Below, one piece after another: positions 1 to 8,450 of a stretch of DNA of 64,000 nt. Under the pieces are notes generated by a model. The model saw only the letters and a program-made list of their open reading frames with translations. It ran no database searches and had not been told where the DNA came from. The DNA comes from a virus. The stretch's first letter is position 1; each line of letters opens with the position of its first letter. The position numbers and the translations under genes were made by a program. The DNA is taken from the IMG/VR virus record IMGVR_UViG_3300050159_000095, one strand, 5' to 3'.

Positions 1-94
1 TCGAGATTACACCGCGTTCTACGTACTGGCATCGCACCGTGGTCGAGGCCTTGCAACCAAGGCCGTACATTTCACTCAGAAACCAATCATCACA

Positions 95-736
95 GTGGAA
101 GATTGCAGGGTGGCTGACTTCCTGACCAAAGCTGGTGCTGACTTTGTCAAGGAGCCTGGGTTGTACGATACCTCGGAGTACTCGTTGGTTGAGCAGATGT
201 ACGCGAGCAACCGAGCCAAGCGTAGTCAGGTGTTCTTGATGAACCATATTGACGAAGGTCTCGTCCTCCTCGACATGATTGGGGCTTCAGATGAAGCCCG
301 CCGAGGTTATTGCCTGCATCCACTGCTGCAAAACGATGTGGATCTGCAGGCAAACTTTGACAACGTTGCTGAGAGCACGTCTCCCCGAACCATCGCTTTG
401 GCAATGGATTATCGTAGCTTTGCTAATGCGTGGCTGTCGGATAAGGTGACGATCAATAGTGACGGCCTGATGCCGTATTACGAGCTGAACGGTAAGCCAA
501 CTCCCGGCCCGCTCAGTGAGGTGCGAGACATGTTGATTGCTGATAAGGTGCAGAACTACAAGGATTTCATTCTGTACCACCGTACCACTCATCCACGCCG
601 TCTGAATTTGGAACGATACTTCCACGAGTGGATCATTGCACTTGGTGTTGCTAATCAGTTCGACCGGTGGTACCGCGAACTCTGCGCAATCACGTTCACA
701 ACTCCGGCAACATACACCCCGATTGGAAGCCTGTAA
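95..736 (+). CDS. hypothetical phage protein
   Basis: 213-aa ORF with GTG start, abutting next ATG at 737; no family recognised. Confidence 0.7.
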   Translation: MEDCRVADFLTKAGADFVKEPGLYDTSEYSLVEQMYASNRAKRSQVFLMNHIDEGLVLLDMIGASDEARRGYCLHPLLQNDVDLQANFDNVAESTSPRTIALAMDYRSFANAWLSDKVTINSDGLMPYYELNGKPTPGPLSEVRDMLIADKVQNYKDFILYHRTTHPRRLNLERYFHEWIIALGVANQFDRWYRELCAITFTTPATYTPIGSL

Positions 737-1126
737 ATGACCACAATTTCTCCAACCTCCATGTGTCACTTCACAACACAGTACGTATTTGACTGTGTTC
801 GGCATCCTGTCTTGACAGACAACACGTTGGCGGTTTCAAGTATCAGCACTGGCCACAACACAGTCGAGATCATCTTCCGTGATGATCTCGACTGTGGGGT
901 CGTCTCCCAGCTGACAAAGCTACGCAACCAACGCAAACGACTAGATATTGTGATTGAGTACCTCAACCCCAGCACCAACCAAGTGGTTCGAACTCACACA
1001 CTGGTTAATGCATCAGTTAAAGACCTCACGTTTAGTAGTCTATCACGTGCAACACTAGACGTCGGGACGATTGAGGTTGAGTTTGCATTTCAAACAAGCG
1101 TTATTACGCTCACCAACGAAGGATAA
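737..1126 (+). CDS. hypothetical protein, possibly tail-tube/Hcp-like fold
   Basis: Beta-strand pattern VEIIFRDD...LDIVIEYLN...HTLVNASVKDLTFSSL...IEVEF resembles gp19-like tube proteins; by eye only. Confidence 0.45.
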   Translation: MTTISPTSMCHFTTQYVFDCVRHPVLTDNTLAVSSISTGHNTVEIIFRDDLDCGVVSQLTKLRNQRKRLDIVIEYLNPSTNQVVRTHTLVNASVKDLTFSSLSRATLDVGTIEVEFAFQTSVITLTNEG

Positions 1127-1132
1127 CACATC

Positions 1133-1246
1133 ATGTCGATTAAGTGCTCTCTGTTTGGCTGTATCACAAGCCGCTACGATTACGTGACTGAGCGTCGAGT
1201 GTGGCTCAATCGGTGCCCTCGCTGCAACGCCGTACTTGACCGCTAA
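1133..1246 (+). CDS. small Cys-containing protein (37 aa)
   Basis: MSIKCSLFGC...RCPRCNAVLDR*; preceded by AGGA-like RBS; too short for ORF track. Confidence 0.5.
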   Translation: MSIKCSLFGCITSRYDYVTERRVWLNRCPRCNAVLDR

Positions 1247-1300
1247 CCTAGCTGTAACCCGCAATACATATACAGCATCTATCTAACCAAGGAAATCATC

Positions 1301-1558
1301 ATGCAATAGGTTTTTGAAAACGTCCAAATCGTATTCCACTTCAATAAGGCACACTTAGCCGATCCTGTGATCCCAATGTGGGTATTGAAAGTGAAAGGTG
1401 AAACGTACTACGTGTCTCACGTTGAGGTCAAGCCCAATGTTGGATTCTGTACGAAGGAAACTCCCAATAACCCTCACACAAAGGGTTCGATCAAGATCAA
1501 AGGGAATTTGACTATTTTCGCCAACGAGGAGGGCCAGCCTGAAGCGGTGATTTCCTGA
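1301..1558 (+). pseudogene. hypothetical protein with amber at codon 3 (or shorter ORF 1367..1558)
   Basis: AAGGAAATCATC-ATG CAA TAG at 1301-1309 is in frame with the open frame to 1558. Confidence 0.45.
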
Positions 1559-1578
1559 CTAGCATGTGGCGCCAGCTG

Positions 1579-2034
1579 TTAAGTGACCAAGTATCCTCGC
1601 GTCTTTCCGAACCTTGATGTATTGATTTGGATTGATCGCCCCAGCCTCTTGGTGATGGCGTCGTACAACCGGCGCCTAGATGGCTCTTCAGCTGTGAAGA
1701 ATACGGCAGCACTCTGACGATTTCGTAGGAACATTCTGAGTGCTGCACTAACGTGTCCGAGCACTTCTGTTGCGTTTCCTGCTCCTGTAATGTCGTATCG
1801 GGTGCCTTGGCTACCAACCTGACCAAATTCAGCTAACCAAACTGACCCTACTACGTCCAGATTCATCGAGTACGAGTTGGTTAAGTCTTCGAGCGATGAC
1901 TCATCCATGCGTGTTAGGTATATGATGTACTCCGTACCAGTTGACGTTTTGAATTGGTACTCGGCGTAATCCTGACCAACATCCCACCGATTGTTGGTCG
2001 AAATTTGGTAGTTTAGTAATTCCAATAGTTTCAT
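1579..2034 (-). CDS. late, putative internal head protein (paralog family A)
   Basis: MKLLEL N-terminus; GATAAATA late promoter upstream; shares ITGxG...F.A.ExSRxxLY..I.(K/R)RLG with 4479..4919 and 4921..5355. Confidence 0.75.
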   Translation of the reverse strand: MKLLELLNYQISTNNRWDVGQDYAEYQFKTSTGTEYIIYLTRMDESSLEDLTNSYSMNLDVVGSVWLAEFGQVGSQGTRYDITGAGNATEVLGHVSAALRMFLRNRQSAAVFFTAEEPSRRRLYDAITKRLGRSIQINTSRFGKTRGYLVT

Positions 2035-2119
2035 GGCTGGTGATGTGTTAGTGTGGTTGGTATTTATCGCCGCGTTGACTTATCAACCGCTTCTCCTTAT
2101 AATAGATAAATAGAACAAC

Positions 2120-2215
2120 GCCTCTGTAGTTCAACCGGATAGAACAGCGGACTTCTAACCCGTAGTATGACCAACGCAGGTCGAGGTGCGGGTTCGAATC
2201 CCGCCGGAGGCTCCA
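2120..2215 (+). tRNA. tRNA-Arg(UCU), atypical long variable arm
   Basis: Acceptor GCCTCTG/CGGAGGC + T-CCA; D stem GTTC/GAAC with A20; loop CTTCTAA; T arm GCGGG-TTCGAAT-CCCGC; 24-nt variable region. Confidence 0.85.
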
Positions 2216-2229
2216 ACAGGAACACAATC

Positions 2230-2268
2230 ATGTACATCCTTTTCGATCATTTCGACTTCATGAGTTAA
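2230..2268 (+). CDS. putative leader peptide MYILFDHFDFMS
   Basis: AGGA RBS upstream; stop directly followed by hairpin 2269-2312. Confidence 0.35.
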   Translation: MYILFDHFDFMS

Positions 2269-2326
2269 CCTACGTGGGTTATGGTTCAGGACGGTCCTGA
2301 ACACTGCGTAGGTGCTGGAGAAGTCG

Positions 2327-2584
2327 ATGAAACCATCACTCGGCCGAGCTGTGCGCCGGCACCACATTGCGCGATTGAAGCGAACCCGTAAAAACTATTG
2401 GTGGCCAGACAGGTCTGGTAACACACCAAGGCAACTCGGGATGCTCACTCAAACTCCTGCTATCTGTTCTTGCGACATGTGCGGCAGCCAACGAAAGTAC
2501 GAAGGCCGCACCCTACAAGAACTGCGTGAGATTGAGATGATGCGAGAACAAATGGAAGAACTGTTCGAAGGAGAAGACACATGA
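2327..2584 (+). CDS. small basic protein with CSCxxC motif
   Basis: GGAG RBS; RRHHIARLKR...TPAICSCDMCG; stop overlaps ATG of RF gene (ATGA). Confidence 0.8.
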   Translation: MKPSLGRAVRRHHIARLKRTRKNYWWPDRSGNTPRQLGMLTQTPAICSCDMCGSQRKYEGRTLQELREIEMMREQMEELFEGEDT

Positions 2585-3261
2585 AGACAATTGTTGAAAT
2601 CCATTCCGCTGAAGGCGGTGACGATAGCAAGCTGTTCGTCAAGGATATGGCCCAAGCATACATTAAGATGTTCCAGCGTCATGGCTGAAAGCATCGGGTA
2701 GTGTCTGAGCAGTTTGGTGAAATTCGTATTGAAGTCACCAATTGCGATCCGGCACTACTCAACAATGAGCCTGGTGGCCACAGACTGCAACGTACCCCAC
2801 CCACAGAAAAGCGAGGTCGCGTTCACACATCAACCGTTATGGTTGCTGTGATCAACGAGAGTGACTTTGCACAACCAAACTATGATGACATCGATCCTGA
2901 TGATTTCAAAGTGGAGTGGTATTCTGGCACGGGTGCGGGTGGACAACATCGCAACAAACACCAAAACAGCGTTCGCCTGACGCACATTCCAACAGGTCTT
3001 GTCGAAACGGCTCAGTGCCGTAGTCGCGAGAACTCAATGAATGAGGCAAAAGGCAGGCTGTTGAACACTTTGCGCAGCAATGCGAAGTATGCTAAGATTG
3101 TTGCTCAGTCAATTGAGCGCAAGAAGCAAATGGGTTCAGGTCAGCGTGGCGACAAGGTTCGTACGTATAGATTCCAAGACAACATTGCTACCGACAACCG
3201 CACAGGGAAGAAAGCTCCGCTGTCCAAAATCATGGACGGCAATTTTGAACTTTTGTGGTAA
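2581..3261 (+). CDS. class I peptide chain release factor (RF1-type PxT, lacks domain 1), in-frame TGA at 2686-2688
   Basis: EIHSAEGGDDSKLFV upstream of TGA; EPGGHRLQRTPPTEKRGRVHTS; GAGGQHRNK (GGQ); KVRTYRFQ. Confidence 0.9.
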
Positions 3262-3268
3262 GGATTGT

Positions 3269-3847
3269 ATGAGGGTATTTCAACCAACTTATTTGTATGT
3301 TAAGCAACACAAGTTAACAAAGAAACTATATTTTGGGAAAACAACACGCAATGACCCAGAACGGTATTTGGGATCTGGGTTGCATTGGCGTCGTCATTTG
3401 AAAGTCCACGGAAAACAACACGTAGTTACGTTGTGGACGTCATTGTTTACGATTGAGTCCGAATGCACGGAGTTTGCTGTAGCGTTTTCGGAAGTGTTTG
3501 ATATTGTTGAGAGCGACCAATGGTTAAACTTGATTGTTGAAAATGGTATAGGAGGAAAAGCCCAGGGCAGCACTCCCCCAGAAGAAGCAAGACGCAAGAT
3601 GTCTCTTGCACGGCTGGGTAAACCACCACCCAATAAAGGGAAACCACATACATCTGAAACGAGGGCGCGGATGAGCGCAGCCTCCCCTTGGAGAGGCAAA
3701 CAACAACCAAAGGACGCTGTTGCTAAGCGTTCTCAGACACGAAGGGGTATGATTAGACCAAAAGTAATCTGTACTCAGTGTGGGAAGTGTGGAGATGTTG
3801 GCACCATGCATCGTTGGCATTTTGACCGTTGTAAATGGGGAGGGTAA
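3269..3847 (+). mobile_element. GIY-YIG-like (Seg-type) homing endonuclease with NUMOD3 repeats
   Basis: YLYVKQH...LYFGKT..Y.GSG; repeats EEARRKMSLARLGK and HTSETRARMSAA. Confidence 0.8.
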
Positions 3848-3848
3848 C

Positions 3849-4454
3849 GTGCTACAATATCCGAGTATTGAAGGTTGGCGTACTGCTGAGATTGGCAAGC
3901 CGTGCATCGCATTTTACAAGTATGATGGCAGCAACCTGCGGTGGGAGTATGAGCCGAAGCGCGGTTGGAAGAAGATGGGAACGAGACGTCAGTTGTTTGA
4001 TGAAACTACCCCCTTATTCAACCAAGCAATTGAGCTGTTCCACGATCAGATGGCTGGTGTGATTGTAGACACAGTCAATCATGCGTTTGGCCGGAAGGTG
4101 GAGCGAATCACTGCATTCACAGAATTTTACGGGCCGTCGAGCTTTGCTGGCAGTCACGGGGAAGATGAGCAGAAAACACTAACGCTGTTTGATGTGTTTG
4201 TGTTCAAAAAGGGATTCATTCCACCTAAGCAGTTCGTCAAATTGTTCAGCCCGTATGATTGGTCTGCCAAAGTGGTTTACGAAGGTGTGATGGATCAGCA
4301 ATTCATTCACGACGTCTACAACGGGAATTACCCTGTCGAAGAAGGGGTGATATGTAAGGGAGCTGATTGGTCAACAAAGATCAAGACCCGGGCATACCTC
4401 GACAAGCTAATGCTTGTGAACAGAGGTTTGTGGGAAGAAGAGAAGAACGAATAA
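3849..4454 (+). CDS. RNA ligase-like nucleotidyltransferase
   Basis: Motif I KYDGSN; FTEFYG; LFDV; EEGVICK; KIK; GTG start assumed. Confidence 0.7.
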   Translation: MLQYPSIEGWRTAEIGKPCIAFYKYDGSNLRWEYEPKRGWKKMGTRRQLFDETTPLFNQAIELFHDQMAGVIVDTVNHAFGRKVERITAFTEFYGPSSFAGSHGEDEQKTLTLFDVFVFKKGFIPPKQFVKLFSPYDWSAKVVYEGVMDQQFIHDVYNGNYPVEEGVICKGADWSTKIKTRAYLDKLMLVNRGLWEEEKNE

Positions 4455-4480
4455 AAAAGGGCGCCTAGGCGCCCTTTTTT
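4453..4480. terminator. bidirectional intrinsic terminator
   Basis: AAAAAAGGGCGCC-TA-GGCGCCCTTTTTT between convergent genes. Confidence 0.85.
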
Positions 4481-4919
4481 ATTGCTTGCGACGAATTCTT
4501 ACTGTGAACTCAACGGTTGTTAGTGAACCCCTCTCAGTCGTCACTTTTGATAATCCCAACCGCCTAATAATGGCTCGGTACAAAGAGATCCGTGACTCCT
4601 CGTCAGCGCTAAAAAACAAGTTCATGTTTGGTTCGCGTGATTTGATGAACTTAGCAATGGAGTCAAGCACCGTTGCGAAGATTACAGGAGCGTGACCGGT
4701 ATTTGTGATGCCGTGACGGCTGTTGCTTCTGCTGTCAGGCTTCCGACCGAATTCAACCGAATATGTTGGATATTCGCCCCCCATATCATATTCCAAAAAC
4801 GAGATGTAGTAATTGCTACCGCCAACTGAAAATCCAGCTTGGTATTCTCCGGGCGCGTAGTCTTCTTCGTCATTCCATGACCACGAAGCTGGTTGAGAGA
4901 ATAGTTCAGCTAATACCAC
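4479..4919 (-). CDS. late putative internal head protein (paralog family A)
   Basis: GTG start (MVLAELF); ITNTG..VIFATV...FFSADEESRISLYRAIIRRLG. Confidence 0.7.
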   Translation of the reverse strand: MVLAELFSQPASWSWNDEEDYAPGEYQAGFSVGGSNYYISFLEYDMGGEYPTYSVEFGRKPDSRSNSRHGITNTGHAPVIFATVLDSIAKFIKSREPNMNLFFSADEESRISLYRAIIRRLGLSKVTTERGSLTTVEFTVRIRRKQ

Positions 4920-4920
4920 A

Positions 4921-5355
4921 TTATACCCCACTGACTCGGATACGCACAATAAACATCCCATGGATGTTTTTAGTTACAGCGGCCAACCCCAGCCGCCTGA
5001 TCACTGCTGCATATAGGGATCTGCGAGATAGTTCTTTAGCACTAAAAGAGAGGTCTACATTACCGCGTACAATGTTACGAACAAAATCTTGGATGATAGT
5101 AACTACTGTTGACATCACAGCGACAGAGTTTCCAGTCCCCGTAACGTCAAATAATCCCCTGCTATCCTTATACAGCATAAATTCAACTTCAAAGTGTGGA
5201 ATGTCTTCCGAACCATCGTATGAATCATGTAGTACAAACGTGATGGCATACTGATTGTCCCCGATTGTGAACTCAGCCTCTTGATATCCCTCATCAGGAT
5301 CTGTGTCATTCCAGTTATATTGGACTGGGTGACTGAAGACTTCTGCAATGAGCAT
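4921..5355 (-). CDS. late putative internal head protein (paralog family A)
   Basis: MLIAEVF; DVTGTG..VMSTV...FSAKELSRRSLYAAVIRRLG. Confidence 0.75.
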   Translation of the reverse strand: MLIAEVFSHPVQYNWNDTDPDEGYQEAEFTIGDNQYAITFVLHDSYDGSEDIPHFEVEFMLYKDSRGLFDVTGTGNSVAVMSTVVTIIQDFVRNIVRGNVDLSFSAKELSRRSLYAAVIRRLGLAAVTKNIHGMFIVRIRVSGV

Positions 5356-5357
5356 GA

Positions 5358-5762
5358 TTAGATGCGGTCATTGCCGATCATAAAACGACCATCGCCTGTC
5401 GCGCCACCAGGGTTGGTGATAGGAGTACGGTCGAGCTGTGGTTCAGCGGGCTTTTGTTCTGTGGCAGCTGGTTGCTGGTCAGCAGCCGCGGTCAGACGTT
5501 TAACGGCTGCACTTACCTTATTCAGGTTAACAAACGTAGCAGACAACCACTTCTTCTTATCAGCTGGATCTGTCAACTTATTGACGATTGACAGGGCGCG
5601 CTTACAAGCATCCAGACGTTGAATAGCATCTTCCAGCGATAGGTCTCCTGGCAATTGAACAACTTCATCCAATTGTTTGAACAGTTGCTTTGTTTCGCGC
5701 GATTCTGTGATATTTTCGACAGGAGTCATGCCAGCAAACTGGCGGATACGTTGGATGTCCAT
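5358..5762 (-). CDS. late putative head-associated protein
   Basis: MDIQRIRQFAGM...ITES N-terminus; ATAAATA on - strand at 5822-5828. Confidence 0.7.
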   Translation of the reverse strand: MDIQRIRQFAGMTPVENITESRETKQLFKQLDEVVQLPGDLSLEDAIQRLDACKRALSIVNKLTDPADKKKWLSATFVNLNKVSAAVKRLTAAADQQPAATEQKPAEPQLDRTPITNPGGATGDGRFMIGNDRI

Positions 5763-5826
5763 GAGAATTCCTAGGGTTGGGGGTAGATGAAAAATGTTGT
5801 AATATCTACCGATAAGTGAGGTATTT

Positions 5827-6360
5827 ATGGCATATTTGTTTATCGATTGTGAATTCACCGACTTCAAGCATATGGACCTAATCTCCATCGGAGCCGTGAC
5901 GGAAGATGGTGACCATGAATTCTACGTGGAGATTACAGATCACATTGCGGACTACCGGTCTGATTTTGTGAACCAAGTGGTCATGCCACTGCTGGACTAC
6001 AGCAAATACGGTAAATCGTATGACTGGGCATGTTTGGGTCTAAAAGATTGGATCGACAGCCTACCATACCCCGAGATTACCGTCGTGTGTGATTATGTTG
6101 GTGATTGGCACCTTATGTCTGATATGCTCCAGCGACAACGCCCTGAAAAGAACATTCACGCTCAAATGCTAAATGCTTCGTTCATGCAGATGCTGCATCA
6201 CCGTGGTATACACACTTCGGAGCTGATTTCAAAAGCATACGGCGCTATGGTTAACGCACAGCCAGAGTATTTTACACAAGATCCCCGTCAACACCACGCG
6301 CTAGTTGACGCTAGGGCATTTAGGCACGCGTGGACAAAGGGATACAATGCAGCACTCTGA
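5827..6360 (+). CDS. DEDDh 3'-5' exonuclease/exoribonuclease
   Basis: FIDCEFT (ExoI), DYVGDW (ExoII), HHALVDA (ExoIII). Confidence 0.85.
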   Translation: MAYLFIDCEFTDFKHMDLISIGAVTEDGDHEFYVEITDHIADYRSDFVNQVVMPLLDYSKYGKSYDWACLGLKDWIDSLPYPEITVVCDYVGDWHLMSDMLQRQRPEKNIHAQMLNASFMQMLHHRGIHTSELISKAYGAMVNAQPEYFTQDPRQHHALVDARAFRHAWTKGYNAAL

Positions 6361-7279
6361 TAAAAAACTACTAGGCGGACTGTACGGTGCAATTGTTGGC
6401 GATGCACTCGGCGTTCCGTATGAGTTCCATGGTCCGGGAGAGATTCCGCCGGCCAACCACATCGTAATGGATCCAACGTATCCTGGGTTTAGCCGTTCAT
6501 ATGACGGCGTACCTCCCGGAACGTGGTCTGATGACACATCACTTCTGTTGTGTTTGCTCGACGCTAAGCTAGAGCAGCCTGAAGATTGGGCACCAGCTTT
6601 TGTTGGACGAGCACAAGCATGGCGATTCCACGGACTGTATGCTGTGGATGGAAAGAAGTTTGACATTGGGATGCAAACTGCGGCTGCGCTGTCAGATTTG
6701 TTGGGAGGTGCTGATCCTCTGGCCAGAACTGATGATGCAAGCGCTAACGGAAACGGTGGGTTGATGCGGGTGATGGGTATGATTCTGCCGCTGTTGGTAA
6801 CGGGCGTCGAACCTGCTGAAATGTTTGACGCATGTGCTACCCAATCAATTCCAACTCATGCCCATGCGATCAGCAGGATGTGCTGTGGACTGTACGGAGT
6901 CACTGCTCTCTATGTATACCGGGGCGATCCCGTATCGGTCGCAGTAACGAAGGCGATCGAGTTTGCCACTAACCATGTGTCATCAGACGTGGCCGCGTTG
7001 AATGTGGTACTTGATGCTGAGACAAATAGAGCAACTGGATCTGGGTACGTAGTCGACACGTTTTGGACTGCTGTGAAGTGTCTTCTAGATACCACCACGT
7101 ATGAGGGTGCTGTGAAGAGGGCAATCATGTACGGTAACGATACCGATACGACAGCCTGTGCTGTTGGCGGACTTGCTGGTTTGATGTACGGTTACGACAA
7201 TATCCCAGCTGAGTGGCTAGAGCAACTGCGTGGGAAAGAAATTGTTGAACCGCTGATAAACTGTTTACTAGGAGAATGA
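6347..7279 (+). CDS. ADP-ribosylglycohydrolase (ARH/DraG family)
   Basis: GAIVGDALGVPYEF; WSDDT; NGNGGLMR; GNDTDTTACAVGGLAG. Confidence 0.92.
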   Translation: MQHSDKKLLGGLYGAIVGDALGVPYEFHGPGEIPPANHIVMDPTYPGFSRSYDGVPPGTWSDDTSLLLCLLDAKLEQPEDWAPAFVGRAQAWRFHGLYAVDGKKFDIGMQTAAALSDLLGGADPLARTDDASANGNGGLMRVMGMILPLLVTGVEPAEMFDACATQSIPTHAHAISRMCCGLYGVTALYVYRGDPVSVAVTKAIEFATNHVSSDVAALNVVLDAETNRATGSGYVVDTFWTAVKCLLDTTTYEGAVKRAIMYGNDTDTTACAVGGLAGLMYGYDNIPAEWLEQLRGKEIVEPLINCLLGE

Positions 7280-7280
7280 G

Positions 7281-7682
7281 ATGAAGTACCCCAAGCAGGT
7301 GATAGTGGTCCGTAAGGACCTCAATATGCGCAAGGGCAAGATTGCCGCACAAGCAGCGCATGCTTCTATGGCTGTTCTGCTCAACTACGGTAGTTATGCT
7401 GCCGCAGACGGTTTGGTTAGTGAGTTTCGACTGGATCTAACCAAACCAGCCCTCAATCAGTGGTTGTCGGGCGCGTTTACAAAGGTGTGCGTTAGTGTTA
7501 ACAGTGAGCAAGAGCTCTTGGAATTGTGCGAAAAGGCACAAGGTCTTGGCTTCATGCATGCACTGATCACCGATTCCGGCAAAACTGAGTTCAACGGCGT
7601 GCCAACAAAAACTTGTGCTGCCTTCGGACCTGAATGGAATGATGAACTGGACAAATTGACTGGACATCTTCCGTTGCTGTAA
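7281..7682 (+). CDS. pth2: peptidyl-tRNA hydrolase Pth2
   Basis: KQVIVVRKDLNMRKGKIAAQAAHAS; KVCVSV; ITDSGKTEF. Confidence 0.92.
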   Translation: MKYPKQVIVVRKDLNMRKGKIAAQAAHASMAVLLNYGSYAAADGLVSEFRLDLTKPALNQWLSGAFTKVCVSVNSEQELLELCEKAQGLGFMHALITDSGKTEFNGVPTKTCAAFGPEWNDELDKLTGHLPLL

Positions 7683-7684
7683 AA

Positions 7685-7712
7685 GAAAAAGCCCACCTAG
7701 GTGGGCTTTTTC
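7685..7712. terminator. bidirectional intrinsic terminator
   Basis: GAAAAAGCCCACC-TA-GGTGGGCTTTTTC. Confidence 0.85.
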
Positions 7713-7716
7713 TTTG

Positions 7717-8373
7717 TTACCTGCGCACTTCAAGTGCGATCTCTAGCTCGCCAGTGTCGTACAACATTTGAGGGGTGAGGTTGTTCTTTCGTTCCTCAAT
7801 TAGAGCGACCAGCTTAGGGAAGCGCGTTTCGTAGTCTGGGAGTGTCTTGAGACCCCAGTACACCATTTCCACACAACTGACGTTTTGATCGGAGATGATG
7901 TCAAACAACGTATCATATTGTTTGCCAAGTTCGGTCTTCACAGCGTCCATCACCTCGGTCCACTCCTCAGGCGAAACGCCTTTTGGATGCAGAAGGACCA
8001 CACTGTCACAGTCAAACACTTCCATAAACGTAGAGTAGTGCACGCCACACATCGTCGCTTCGATCAGCTTATACCCCAAATGTCCCTCAAGGTCACCCTC
8101 CACGTTCATCAATGCGTGTGTATAGTGTGACAGTTTGTGATCTACGATCGCTGATGCAATTGCGATAAGGTAAGTGGTTAAGTGTGCCTTACGGCGGGTT
8201 AAAATGATGTAGTAGTTGCTTTTTAGCAATTCGCGAATGCGGTCGTGGTCAGATTCTGTCAAACAGTAATACATCCCACCGTTGATTACTGCTTGCGTTC
8301 GGTTCCAATGAATTGTTGAAAACCAGTTAACCAGACCGTCCCACACACCCATTAGACTCGCAGGAACTTTCAT
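7717..8373 (-). CDS. permuted papain-like amidase (YiiX/YaeF, C92-like), late
   Basis: YTHA His motif before LIEAT, YDxxF and SCVEMV Cys motif; ATAAATA at 8399-8405 on - strand. Confidence 0.8.
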   Translation of the reverse strand: MKVPASLMGVWDGLVNWFSTIHWNRTQAVINGGMYYCLTESDHDRIRELLKSNYYIILTRRKAHLTTYLIAIASAIVDHKLSHYTHALMNVEGDLEGHLGYKLIEATMCGVHYSTFMEVFDCDSVVLLHPKGVSPEEWTEVMDAVKTELGKQYDTLFDIISDQNVSCVEMVYWGLKTLPDYETRFPKLVALIEERKNNLTPQMLYDTGELEIALEVRR

Positions 8374-8414
8374 TATTTCTCCTTGGTTGAATATACCCTA
8401 TTTATCGATCTTTG

Positions 8415-8444
8415 TTGTCTTACCCTAGATACGACATATATACT
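8415..8444 (+). promoter_or_regulatory. sigma70-like promoter for the Ro60 leader
   Basis: TTGTCT-N18-TATACT. Confidence 0.5.
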
Positions 8445-8450
8445 GAAATC

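Noticed and set aside
2120-2215. Amber suppressor tRNA (CUA reading of CTTCTAA)
   Set aside because: Shifting the register destroys the anticodon stem; D-arm spacing and A20 support UCU/Arg
2686-2730. Selenocysteine or prfB-type +1 frameshift at the RF UGA
   Set aside because: The aligned residue is Trp, no obvious SECIS-like hairpin follows, the CTT-TGA slippery context is absent, and the downstream sequence is in the same frame
3080-3268. N-terminal extension of the endonuclease ORF (also track starts 3780, 5888, 18657, 60807)
   Set aside because: Overlaps the preceding gene or promoter; better RBS-linked starts lie downstream
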